Below, in pieces: positions 47,061 to 57,500 of a stretch of 64,000 nucleotides of DNA. A program made the translations under genes and the position numbers. Source of the stretch: Candidatus Aenigmatarchaeota archaeon. GTDB lineage: Archaea > Aenigmatarchaeota > Aenigmatarchaeia > QMZP01 > QMZT01. How positions within the stretch are numbered: position 1 is the stretch's first letter; every line of letters begins with the position of its first letter. The DNA is taken from NCBI GenBank assembly GCA_026397315.1, contig JAPLVC010000001.1, forward strand, positions 64,001 through 128,000. The letters run 5' to 3'. Below the pieces are notes generated by a model. The model saw nothing but the letters and a program-made list of their open reading frames with translations, was not told the origin of the DNA and searched no databases.

Positions 47061-48584
47061 ATGAACATGGAAATGAAAGAATACAAGACGATAACAAGGA
47101 TTGCGGGTCCTTTGCTTTTTGTGGAGAAGACGCATCCCGTAGGCTACGGAGAGATAGTCAAGGTCACGCTTTCAAACGGAGAGAAGCGGCTGGGCCAGGT
47201 GCTCGACACCTCGAAGGATATCGTGATAATCCAGAGCTTCGAGGGCACGAGCGGCATGGACAAGAAATCGAGCGTCCGCTTCCTCGGAGACGTCATGCGT
47301 TTGAAGGTCTCAGAGGACATGCTGGGCCGCATCCTAAATGGCCGTGGAGAGCCGATAGATAACGGGCCGGAAATAATCCCGGACGAGGAGCTGGACATCA
47401 ACGGAGCCGCGATAAACCCTTACGCGCGCGGTCCGCCTGAGGAGTTCATCCAGACCGGCATCTCGACGATAGACGGCATGAACACGCTGGTCAGGGGGCA
47501 GAAGCTGCCGATATTCTCTGGCAGCGGATTGCCGCACAACGACATCGCGCTGCAGATAGCCAGGCAGGCGAAAGTGCTCGGCGAGAAGGAAACGTTCGCC
47601 GTAATCTTCGCGGCGATGGGCATCACGAACGAGGAAGCGCAGAAATTCATCCGCGACTTCGAGGAGACCGGCGCTATCGAACACGCGGTCGTGTTCCTCA
47701 ACCTAGCTGACGACCCGGCTGTCGAGAGATTAATCACACCGAGGCTCGCGCTAACGACGGCGGAGTTTTTCGCTTACCAGAAGGGCATGCACGTGCTGGT
47801 CATACTCACTGACATGACCAACTACTGCGAGTCGCTGCGTGAGATCAGCTCGGCGAGAGAGGAGATTCCGGGCCGCCGCGGCTACCCGGGATACATGTAT
47901 ACCGACCTCGCGAACATATACGAGCGTGCCGGCATGATAAAAGGCAAGAAGGGCAGCGTCACGCAGATTCCGATCCTTACGATGATAGGCGACGACATCA
48001 CGCATCCGATAGCCGACCTTACGGGCTACATCACCGAAGGGCAGGTGGTGCTGAGCAGGGAGCTGCACATGAAAGGCATATACCCGCCCGTCGATGTTTT
48101 GCCGTCGCTTTCGCGTTTAATGAACCAGGGCATCGGCAAGGGCAAGACCCGAGAAGACCACCGACAAGTGTCCGACCAGCTTTACGCAGGCTACGCAGAA
48201 GGCAGGGACCTCCGCGGTCTTGTGGCGATAGTCGGTGAAGAGGCGTTGTCCGCCAGAGACAGGCGGTTACTAAAGTTCGCAGAGGCTTTCGAGAACACGT
48301 TCGTCCGCCAGGGCATAAAGGAGAATCGAGGCATTGAGAAGACTCTCGACGTCTCATGGAACCTGCTTTCCGTCATACCGAGGGACGAGCTCACGAGGCT
48401 GAGCGAGGACTTCAAGCGTCGCTTCTACAAGGGCGAAGGCGCGGAGCATGCCTACGTGAAAGAAGAAGTTGAAGAGAAGGTGGAGAAACGCGAAACAGAG
48501 AAAGCGGCGCCCAAAAAGGAAATCAAAGAAGCGAAGAAGAAGGCCGCTCCCGTCCACAAGAAACACAAGGCCAAAAAGAAGTGA
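47061..48584 (+). CDS. atpB: A/V-type ATP synthase subunit B
   Basis: [27 protein letters not shown] and LPSLSRLM; basic tail. Confidence 0.98.
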   Translation: MNMEMKEYKTITRIAGPLLFVEKTHPVGYGEIVKVTLSNGEKRLGQVLDTSKDIVIIQSFEGTSGMDKKSSVRFLGDVMRLKVSEDMLGRILNGRGEPIDNGPEIIPDEELDINGAAINPYARGPPEEFIQTGISTIDGMNTLVRGQKLPIFSGSGLPHNDIALQIARQAKVLGEKETFAVIFAAMGITNEEAQKFIRDFEETGAIEHAVVFLNLADDPAVERLITPRLALTTAEFFAYQKGMHVLVILTDMTNYCESLREISSAREEIPGRRGYPGYMYTDLANIYERAGMIKGKKGSVTQIPILTMIGDDITHPIADLTGYITEGQVVLSRELHMKGIYPPVDVLPSLSRLMNQGIGKGKTREDHRQVSDQLYAGYAEGRDLRGLVAIVGEEALSARDRRLLKFAEAFENTFVRQGIKENRGIEKTLDVSWNLLSVIPRDELTRLSEDFKRRFYKGEGAEHAYVKEEVEEKVEKRETEKAAPKKEIKEAKKKAAPVHKKHKAKKK

Positions 48585-48619
48585 ACGAGGTAAAAACAAG
48601 ATTCGATTCAAGGTGAACT

Positions 48620-49234
48620 ATGACAGACGTAAAGGCGACGAGGTCGGAGCTGCTGAACCTCAAGAGAAAGATTAAGCTGGCTAATGCAGGCCACAAGCTG
48701 CTGAAAAAGAAACGCGATGGATTGATACTGGAATTCTTCGACATACTGAAGAACGCCAGGAACCTGCGCAAGGAACTCAACGAGCGCTATATACTGGCAC
48801 ACAACAAGATGAGGGAATGCACCGCGCTCGATGGTATGGTCAGCATAAAGTCAGTCGCCTTCGCGCTGCGTGAACATCCTGCTATCGAACTTGAAGTGAA
48901 GAACATCATGGGCGTCACCGTGCCGGTGATAAAGGCCGGCAGCATGAGGAAGAACCTCGTCGAGCGCGGATACGGCATGATGTCGACCAGCATGCGCATC
49001 GACGAGATGGTCAAAGGCTACGAATCGCTGCTTGAACAGATAATAACCGCGGCCGAAATCGAAACGACGATGAGGAAGCTGCTCAAGGAGATAGAATCGA
49101 CGAAACGCAGGGTAAACGCCCTCGAATTCGTGGTCATACCGCGCATCAAGAAGGAGGCCGCTTTTATTAACTTCAGACTCGAAGAGATGGAAAGGGAAAA
49201 CATATTCAGGATGAAGAGGATAAAGGGAAAATAA
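48620..49234 (+). CDS. atpD: A/V-type ATP synthase subunit D
   Basis: GHKLLKKKRD and TKRRVNALE. Confidence 0.96.
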   Translation: MTDVKATRSELLNLKRKIKLANAGHKLLKKKRDGLILEFFDILKNARNLRKELNERYILAHNKMRECTALDGMVSIKSVAFALREHPAIELEVKNIMGVTVPVIKAGSMRKNLVERGYGMMSTSMRIDEMVKGYESLLEQIITAAEIETTMRKLLKEIESTKRRVNALEFVVIPRIKKEAAFINFRLEEMERENIFRMKRIKGK

Positions 49235-49244
49235 AGGAGATATT

Positions 49245-49691
49245 ATGAACAACATGACCAAGAAAAGGATCATGGCCATATTCATCGGCGTGGTAATGCT
49301 GGCTTCCATCGCTGAAGTCGCGCTCCTGCGTAACAACCAGACCCAGAACACGGAACCGGCGCAGCTGCCGAACGTCATAAACCGCAAGCTCACCATCACA
49401 GAGATGAGAAGCGTGCTTTTGAGCAGCAGGGCGCTGATAGAGTATTTCTACAACGAATCCTGCAGCGATTGCGCGGCTAAAGAAGCGCTTTATCAGGAAT
49501 TCGCCAACTCCGACAACTTCAACGGCTATGTAGTCGTATCGTATGGTGTCTACAACGAAACGTCAGACTGGCTGCTTGACCTGACGGGCACGCAGACGGA
49601 CCTCACGAACATAACGACCCAGGCCGGCCTGAAGAAGATGTTCTGCGACACTGATATATCCACACTGAAGCCGAACGTCTGCCTGCTCTAG
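49245..49691 (+). CDS. Membrane-anchored hypothetical protein with CxxC
   Basis: N-terminal TM helix; YFYNESCSDC thioredoxin-like pattern. Confidence 0.65.
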   Translation: MNNMTKKRIMAIFIGVVMLASIAEVALLRNNQTQNTEPAQLPNVINRKLTITEMRSVLLSSRALIEYFYNESCSDCAAKEALYQEFANSDNFNGYVVVSYGVYNETSDWLLDLTGTQTDLTNITTQAGLKKMFCDTDISTLKPNVCLL

Positions 49692-49792
49692 AGCCTGTAA
49701 AGCGGGAAAAGAAGACCCAGAAGCTTAATAAATTAGGAAAATCTTATAAATATAACTCAACAGTTATAAAGTTATATTCCGCAGGTGATGCC

Positions 49793-50389
49793 ATGTACAA
49801 GATTTTTGACGTAAGCGACAAGGTAAGAGTTGCGCCGGACAAGTTCGGCCTTAAGCTCCAGGAAGCAGTCAAGACGAGCCTTGAGGAGAAGCTCGAGGGC
49901 TCGATAGACAAGAACCTGGGCGTGATAATGTCCGTAATGTCCGTGGAGAAGATAGGCGAGGGCATTATAATGCCAGGCGATGGAGCGCTGTACTACCCGG
50001 TCGACTTCAAAGTCCTCACGTACGTCCCGGAGCAGCACGAGATGGTGAAAGGCGAGGTAATAGACGTAACGGAATTCGGCGTTTTCGTGCGCCTTGGCCC
50101 GGTGGACGGCATGATACACGTCTCGCAGCTGATGGATGATTTCGTATCTTACGATTCCAAGAATATGATGTTCACGGGCAAGAAGACCAAGAGACGCGTA
50201 AAAGAGAAGTCGGTCGTCATGGCCCGCATAATATCCGTCTCCATGGCGGAGAACCAGTACAAGATAGGCTTGACGACGCGTCAGCCCGGTCTGGGAGCGC
50301 TCGATTGGTTCACGAAGGAAGACGAGGGCAAAGAGGCCGCGCCAGCCAAGAAGGACGAGAAATCCGCCAAGCCGGAAAAGAAAAAGTAA
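49793..50389 (+). CDS. rpoE1: RNA polymerase subunit Rpo7 (E')
   Basis: VRVAPDKFG, EFGVFVRLGPVDGMIHVSQ and LTTRQPGLG. Confidence 0.96.
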   Translation: MYKIFDVSDKVRVAPDKFGLKLQEAVKTSLEEKLEGSIDKNLGVIMSVMSVEKIGEGIIMPGDGALYYPVDFKVLTYVPEQHEMVKGEVIDVTEFGVFVRLGPVDGMIHVSQLMDDFVSYDSKNMMFTGKKTKRRVKEKSVVMARIISVSMAENQYKIGLTTRQPGLGALDWFTKEDEGKEAAPAKKDEKSAKPEKKK

Positions 50390-50401
50390 GTGGTGAATTT
50401 T

Positions 50402-50593
50402 ATGGTCGATAAGGAAAAAGTCTGCAAGACATGCAAGAGGTTCGTTTACGACGAGAAATGCCCCGCGTGCGGCACCAAGGACTTCACCAAGACGTGGAAG
50501 GGAATCGTCGTCATAAACGACCCGAACGAGTCTGAGATAGCGAAGCTGCTCGGCATAAACGTGCCGGGCAAATATGCATTGTGGGTGAAATGA
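50402..50593 (+). CDS. spt4: Transcription elongation factor Spt4 (RpoE'')
   Basis: CKTC..CPAC, WKGIVVI and SEIAK..PGKYAL. Confidence 0.95.
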   Translation: MVDKEKVCKTCKRFVYDEKCPACGTKDFTKTWKGIVVINDPNESEIAKLLGINVPGKYALWVK

Positions 50594-50916
50594 TGACATT
50601 GAAGATTATAGAGCACAAGAAGAACGCCCTCATGGGGCGTGACGAGGTTAAGGCGTTATACGAGCATCCTGGCAAGCCTACACCGACGCGCGAGGAAATC
50701 CTGCCGTCGCTGGAAAGCGTGCTGAAGATGAGCGGTGAGCACATAATTATCGAAAGGATATTCACTACGAAAGGCAAGGGAGAATCGCTCGTCAAGGCGC
50801 TCGTTTACGAGGAAAAGTCGAAGATGCCGAAGCACAAGCTGGACGTCATCGAGAAGCGCAAGGCAAAGAGAGGCGCGAAGACCGCAGGTGCAGAGGCTAC
50901 AGCGGCCAAGAAGTAA
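50590..50916 (+). CDS. rps24e: 30S ribosomal protein eS24
   Basis: [21 protein letters not shown] and TTKGKGES. Confidence 0.92.
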   Translation: MMTLKIIEHKKNALMGRDEVKALYEHPGKPTPTREEILPSLESVLKMSGEHIIIERIFTTKGKGESLVKALVYEEKSKMPKHKLDVIEKRKAKRGAKTAGAEATAAKK

Positions 50917-50941
50917 GCGTTTCGCTAGGAGGAGTGATTGT

Positions 50942-51106
50942 ATGGTTTCGAAATTCTTTCATGTAAAGTGCGAGAAGTGCAAGAACGAGCAGGTTGTTTT
51001 TGAGAAATCCGCGACCATGGTGAAATGCCTGGTATGCGGCGAGGTTCTTGTCAAGCCCACCGGCGGCAAAGCCGTGATAGCGAACGAAGGCGCTTCCGAG
51101 GTCTGA
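50942..51106 (+). CDS. rps27e: 30S ribosomal protein eS27
   Basis: [17 protein letters not shown]...[16 protein letters not shown]. Confidence 0.95.
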   Translation: MVSKFFHVKCEKCKNEQVVFEKSATMVKCLVCGEVLVKPTGGKAVIANEGASEV

Positions 51107-51107
51107 A

Positions 51108-51860
51108 ATGAAGGACAGACTGCCGAGATACGGGGAACTTGTCGTATGCAGGATAACTAGGATAAACCCGCACTCGGCCATAGCGCAGATAATCGAATAC
51201 GAAACGACGGGCATGATTCACGTCTCAGAGGTTGCGTCGCGCTGGGTAAGGGACATACGAGAGTTCGTCAGGGAAAACGAATACATAGTATGCCGCGTCA
51301 TCGACGTGAGGCCGGAAGGCATTTCCCTTTCGATGAAGCGAGTCCATCGTGAGGACACGGTGCGCAAGCTCAACGAGTTCAAGCGCGAGAAACGCACTGA
51401 GAAACTTTTAGAGATGTCCGCCAAGAGCATCGGCAAAACGCTCGAGCAGGCCAAGAAGGATATAGGAGACTTCATCATCGAGGAATTCGGCTCCTACACC
51501 AAGCTTTTCGAGATCGCGGCGAAGACGCCGGACCTTCTCGACAGGAAAGGCCTGCCGGACAAGTGGTCCAGCGCCATAAAGGACATAGCCAAGAAGAACT
51601 ATTCGGAGAAGATATTCATAGTCAAAGGCCGGCTCAGCCTCATCACAAACGCACCGAATGGCGTGGAAATCATAAAGAAAATCCTGCTTACTGTGAAAGG
51701 CCAGGGCATAAAGGTCCAATACGTCTCGGCGCCGAAATACATGATCGTGGGCGAGGGGAACAACTACAAGGAAGTCGAGGGCAGGATCCGCACAATCTGT
51801 GAGGACGTCGTGAAAGAGTTCAACAAGTTCGGGGAAGCGTCTTTCGAGCTGGAAAAGTAA
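51108..51860 (+). CDS. eif2a: Translation initiation factor aIF2 alpha
   Basis: S1 domain GMIHVSEVASRWVRDIRE and YVSAPKY. Confidence 0.95.
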   Translation: MKDRLPRYGELVVCRITRINPHSAIAQIIEYETTGMIHVSEVASRWVRDIREFVRENEYIVCRVIDVRPEGISLSMKRVHREDTVRKLNEFKREKRTEKLLEMSAKSIGKTLEQAKKDIGDFIIEEFGSYTKLFEIAAKTPDLLDRKGLPDKWSSAIKDIAKKNYSEKIFIVKGRLSLITNAPNGVEIIKKILLTVKGQGIKVQYVSAPKYMIVGEGNNYKEVEGRIRTICEDVVKEFNKFGEASFELEK

Positions 51861-51867
51861 ATATTTT

Positions 51868-52633
51868 TCAGAATAAAGGAATATAATGCTGGTCGTAAGA
51901 TTTGGCTAATTTTTTCCCATCTGCGTTTACTTCGGCCATTACTTTTTTGAGATTGGTACCGGAAACCCTTGTAAATATCGTGTGATCGGGGCCTAAATCT
52001 GTATCGCCTATTATACCGAAAAAGATCTGTCGCATTCTTCCGCTTCTGTCAAAAACATAATTCTTAAGGGCCACAGTACCAGTATATGTTGCGAATGTCA
52101 TAAATCCACCATATTTTAATTTTACAGCACTAGATGTCTGGAATATACAGCAATCCGTTTTCTTTAACGGCTTCAGCGAGCTGGCCGAAATCGTTTGAGT
52201 GATTAAACTTAAGCACCCTGTTTTTGTACAGCTCCCAGCACTGGCTTTCCGTTTCTTTAATTTTCCCGTATCTTTTGGGTGCAAATATACTCATGAAAAT
52301 TTTTCCCGGCTCAGATACGCGGACAGGGTTCACAGCATCGAATTTTACACCGATCAGGCTTTCCATTTCGTCGGGTTTAAACTCCGGCGTTCCGTGAAAT
52401 CCTTCCGGTGAGAGGTTTTCAGTCCTGAAAGACGTGCCGTTTAGCCTTTCGACAAAACCGCTCATGTTTTCAAGAGAATCCCTAGTTTCGACATTAGTGT
52501 AAGCATTACCTACCACATAACCTAAGCCAGCGCCAGCTAAAACAGTGGTCCCGATGTTTAAAAATTTGCGCCTGCTCATGGCTGCATAATCATGGTCTAT
52601 CTCTTTCTTGATTTGGTCCGCGTTCATTATCAA
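51868..52633 (-). pseudogene. AT-rich exported-protein gene with twin-Arg-like signal, split by an apparent frameshift near 52,135
   Basis: ORF 52130-52633 (MSRRKFL + TM) stops where overlapping ORF 51868-52284 becomes protein-like; total span is 766 nt (3n+1). Confidence 0.5.
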
Positions 52634-52825
52634 ATCACCCTCAATTATTTATGACTATTTGTCACTTGTTAATAGTTAAAATATACTACATTATTGGTTC
52701 AAGGGTATATAAAGCTTTCGGTAAACCGGGCTTTTAGCCGAGTGCGGTTTATGCCAATTCTACCTCTAAAGGTATATAAGGCAGAACGTTCAAACAATAT
52801 TATAAAATTCTAAGGGGTGTAAACT

Positions 52826-52981
52826 ATGGCTAAGAAAGTTGCTTTTGGTGGTTACACAATTTGCTTTGCCGGCAGGAAAGAAACTCTTGAAGATGTTTTC
52901 GGCAAGGGCAAGATAACTCCAAGCGAAATGACAAAGAAATTGTGGGTCGTCGTTAAGAGCAAGAAACTCGCAGGAAAGTAA
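52826..52981 (+). CDS. 51-aa basic protein resembling a truncated SWIB/MDM2 domain (not in the ORF track)
   Basis: MAKKVAFGGYTICFAGRKETLEDVFGKGKITPSEMTKKLWVVVKSKKLAGK; SD AGGGGTG, upstream TATA boxes and downstream T-tract. Confidence 0.75.
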   Translation: MAKKVAFGGYTICFAGRKETLEDVFGKGKITPSEMTKKLWVVVKSKKLAGK

Positions 52982-52986
52982 ACGGG

Positions 52987-53020
52987 TTTCTTCTCTTGTT
53001 TTTTTCTTTTTGTTTTCATT
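52987..53020 (+). terminator. Archaeal oligo-T terminator
   Basis: TTTCTTCTCTTGTTTTTTTCTTTTTGTTTT immediately after the stop codon. Confidence 0.6.
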
Positions 53021-53109
53021 TATATTTTCGCTTGCTTCCCGTTTAGCTGTTTCTCCGTCGTGGAATATTTATATACTGCCAATAATTCTATAACATCGCT
53101 AGGGAGAAC

Positions 53110-54447
53110 ATGGTACTGGACAAGTTCGGTTCGGGCATAAAGGACGTGTTCAAACGGGTCATGGGACTCGGCGTCGTCGACAAAGAGGCAGTCGAAGCCA
53201 TACTGCGCGATTTGCAGCGGACGATGATACAGTCCGATGTCGACGTCAAGCTCGTGTTCGAGATGACCAAGAGCATAAAGGAAAAGGTCCTCAAAGAAAC
53301 GCCGAAGGGAATGACGCTCAAGGAATTCTTCATCAAGACACTTTACGACGAGATAGTCGGCCTGCTCGGCCGGGAGAAAGGGAAGCTGGAACTGAAGAAC
53401 CAGCGCATACTTCTCGTAGGACTGTTCGGTTCCGGCAAGACGACGACCTGCGGCAAGCTCGCATTATGGTTCAAGAAGCGCGGCCTTTCCGTCGCTCTCG
53501 TCGCCTGCGACACGCACCGCGCGGCTGCGCAGGAACAGCTCAGGCAGCTTGGAAAGCAGCTGGACGTCCATGTTTACGACGAAGGCAAAAAACCTGAAGA
53601 CATCGCCAAGAACGCCGCGCAAAAGGCGAAAGAGGGTGTGGTCATATTCGACTCTGCCGGTCGCGACGCGCTTGATGGCGAACTGGCGAAAGAACTGAAG
53701 AAAATGGGCGAGGTCATAAAGCCCGACGAAGTCTTCCTAGTCATACCCGCGGACATAGGCCAGGCCGCGAGGAAACAGGCGGAAGAATTCAACAAGCTGG
53801 TGGGCATAACCGGCGTGATAATCACCAAGATGGACGGCACGGCAAGAGGCGGCGGATCGCTCGCGGCGACCAGAGTATCAGGCTCGAACGTCCGCATGAT
53901 AGGCGTCGGGGAGAAAGTCGATGACTTCGAGGAATACGATCCGCAGCGCTTCGTCTCGAGGCTCATAGGCTACGGCGACCTGCAGGGACTGCTGGAAAAG
54001 GCTAAGGATGCCGGCGCCGAAGAGACGGCGAAAAAGATGATGGAAGGCAAATTCACGATGAACGAGTTCTTCGAGCAGCTCAACTCGCTGCAGAAGATGG
54101 GCTCGCTATCGAAGGTCATGGACATGATACCGGGCATGTCTGGCGGCGGGATGATGAAGAAGCTGCCGCCGAACTTCCTAGACGTGCAGGAAGGGAAAAT
54201 GAAGAAGTGGAAGCACATAATAAATTCCATGACCAAGTCCGAACGTGACGACCCGGAACTGATAAAGCAGAACCGCATAACGAGAATAGCGAAGGGCTCA
54301 GGCACCCAGCCGTCCGACGTGAAGGAACTTCTTAAGAGCTACGAGCAGATAAAGAAGATGCTGAAAATGACAGGCAGCGCAAAGGCCTTCAAGCGCGGCC
54401 CGCTCGCTAAACTCGCTAAACAGTTCGGCATGGGCGCAATGGGTTAA
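53110..54447 (+). CDS. srp54: Signal recognition particle protein SRP54
   Basis: GLFGSGKTT, DTHR, DSAGR, TKMDG and the M-domain with RIAKGSG. Confidence 0.97.
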   Translation: MVLDKFGSGIKDVFKRVMGLGVVDKEAVEAILRDLQRTMIQSDVDVKLVFEMTKSIKEKVLKETPKGMTLKEFFIKTLYDEIVGLLGREKGKLELKNQRILLVGLFGSGKTTTCGKLALWFKKRGLSVALVACDTHRAAAQEQLRQLGKQLDVHVYDEGKKPEDIAKNAAQKAKEGVVIFDSAGRDALDGELAKELKKMGEVIKPDEVFLVIPADIGQAARKQAEEFNKLVGITGVIITKMDGTARGGGSLAATRVSGSNVRMIGVGEKVDDFEEYDPQRFVSRLIGYGDLQGLLEKAKDAGAEETAKKMMEGKFTMNEFFEQLNSLQKMGSLSKVMDMIPGMSGGGMMKKLPPNFLDVQEGKMKKWKHIINSMTKSERDDPELIKQNRITRIAKGSGTQPSDVKELLKSYEQIKKMLKMTGSAKAFKRGPLAKLAKQFGMGAMG

Positions 54448-54572
54448 CCCGATACTTGTTTCTGAGTCGCAGACCGAAAGAAAACCGCACCATTTAAATT
54501 CCCGGCGAACCAATATTTTTATATTAGGTATGAAAATCGAACTTTTGATTTTGCTTCGTGGAGGCTGAGAAT

Positions 54573-57500
54573 ATGAATGTCGGTTGTAACTCTAAGAAAA
54601 TTTTGTTTGGTCTTATTCTGTGTGTGTTTTTGTTTTCGCTCGTATCGTCTGTTTCTGCTGCGGAATATTGCGGCGACGGTACGTGTGAATATAAACAAAA
54701 AAGATTGTACCTGGGACAAACCTATCCGTTTCAGCTTTACGGAGCCAGCCATACCGCAAAATTTAAAAGCTTTAACATCACGAGCAAAAGCTCTGCGGTA
54801 GAAATAGACGGCGTAACTCAGATAATGTTCAGAGGTATAATGTACACTCTCTCTGGCGTTCCTGTATATGAGATGAGTTATAGTTACGATTCTACCGCTT
54901 CAAACGAGAGTTACGTTACTGTGAGATTGGGCGAGTTTGGACAATCATGCTCCAGCGACTGCAACACGCAAAAATGCATGCCTTACGTAGATGGCGTATG
55001 CCCCCAGACATGTTCTCTGGGTGTTGATGCAGACTGCTGCACCAACGCTAGTAAATATTGGCTGCAAACCGACTTTGGATTTTCATGTTATGACAATTTT
55101 TACAATTTATGGTGCAATCCCGAACAGCCATGCAGCAGCACTGCGGATGACTGCTGCCCCAACTGGTGCGCGGCAGGCTCAGACTACGACTGCTGCACAC
55201 AGAAAGGAATGTGCTGGACAAATAATGGCTGTTATACCTGTCAGAATAACACATGCACCGACTCCGACGGCGGCAAGAACTATTACGTGAAGGGAACAAC
55301 TACAGGACCGGGCTATGGTAACACAAGTAAACTAATCACATCCACCGACTATTGCGACGGCAACCTTCTAAAAGAAAGATACTGTGATGAAAATGATAAA
55401 TTTAATTCAGAAGATTACGCCTGCTCATACGGCTGCCTAGATGGCAGATGCAAAACAGGCCCTTATGTATGTGTTGATTATGAAGGTGAGAAAAATTATT
55501 ATAAGAAGGGTACAATTACCAATCAGTTCAATCAAAACTACACAGACTCTTGCACAAATAATACTTTAAGAGAATGGTATTGTGATCAGTACGGATCAGG
55601 CGCAAATGAATATTATGCTTGCCCGAACGGCTGCAAGGACGGAGCTTGTAATAATTTTGTTAACGCGTTAAAAGTAATAACGCCGAACGGCAACGAACAA
55701 TTCACAACAGAAAAGATAATAAAATTTTCTTTCTTAGTTAACTCTTATAAAAGTGGTTTGCTTAAATACTGGATTAAGAATTTTGCTACCGGCACAATTT
55801 ACAACATAGGTTCAGTTAGCGCCATACCATCTGCATTTGGTTACGTATATAACCTTGACTGGAATCTTCCCGTCCTTAAAGGGATGGGTGAAGTAATGCC
55901 TTCTGATGGCAAACAATACAAGGCATTCGTGGAATGGAAAAGTGATGATGGATCTGAAATACTTTCAGACGAAAGCGACAATTATTTCACAATCACTAAC
56001 CCACAGACATGCACAGATTCCGACGGCGGTAAAAATTATTATACGAAAGGAACAGTTACAGATGGCAATGGAGTCTCTACCGATGGTTGCTTTGTCCAAG
56101 GAAATAAAGATCCAAGTGCCCCACCAGAATGTTTTGGGTCCGATGGTACTGGAAATGGTAAGTGTATCAATGAAGGATTCTGCGAGAATGAAAAAACAAA
56201 TTATGCAATAGTTATGTGCCCGAACGGCTGCAAGGACGGGGCATGTGTTGGCGGCGACAACGTTAAAGAGCAGGTCAAGTGCGTTTTTGACGGGGCAACG
56301 GAAGATAACAAATGCTATTCCGATGCCGGCTTCAGCTGCCACGGTATCGGGAGCTGCGTGGCCGACGTCTACGGCAGCAAGGGACAGCAGTTGACGTGGA
56401 AAAGCAGTTGCGGTGGATACGCTTACACCGTAATAGACGGTCAGAACGAATATGCCAATTTCTACTGCAAACCCTCATCGTATTGCGGCAACGGCGTTTG
56501 TGAAATAGGAGAGACCCAGCAGAGCTGTCCTCAGGACTGCGTAAAAAATTGCCCTATATGGATAGACATGAGCTTCAACAAAGAGGTTTACTATCCCGGA
56601 GATTATTTTGAGGTGACCATTAAGCTCTATGACTATAACAAGAAACTGATGCCAAACCACGCCTTCAACCTGTATTACACAAATAATGGCAATGAATATC
56701 CGACATCGACAATGTATACCGACTCTGCCGGCATATACAAATCTTCTTCACAAATACCGAAGGATTTCCATGATTTTGGCGAATTCATCTTCGTGGCTTC
56801 AGCAGCAGAGGAAGGCTGCAATTACGTATATGACAAAGAGAATATTTACATAAACAATCTCGGCAGCTGCGGAGACAGCTACTGCAGCAAAGATGAAAAG
56901 GAACTTGTATGCACGACTACATGCGCCACTTGCCCGGTTGAACCAATCTCGGCTACTTCGAGCGTGGCATCCGCTGCCATAACCGGAGCTATAACGACGG
57001 CTGCGACAAATGATGTTTCGACATGCGGCTGCAATGAATATTGTTATGTGAAATGCGCCCGCGACTGCACGCCAAACTGTGGCAATGGTGTTTGTGATAC
57101 CATAGCATGCCTTGCTGAAGGCTGTCCTGTCCCTGAAAACGAGAAGAACTGCCCGAGCGACTGCGGCACAATCAATTATTGCGGTTCGCAGTCACAGGAC
57201 TATAACTGCGTCTGCCAGGAAGGCTTCAAAAAAGAGAAGTTTGAAGCGCCGTGTTCTGCAGTAACGGAAACTGCAAGCAGTACGGCAATTACAACGACAA
57301 ATAATACGATATGCACAGATTCCGACGGCGGGAAGAACTATTATGTTAAAGGATACTCAACCGGGTCAGATGGGTTGGACGGGACTTGGTCAAAAGAAGA
57401 TAAATGTCTGAAGGGTACGGGCGTTTTGGATTATGTCGAGAGTTGCAGCGGTAATGATTGTTATCTTCATGAGGCTATTTGCATAGGCAATCTTGCAACA

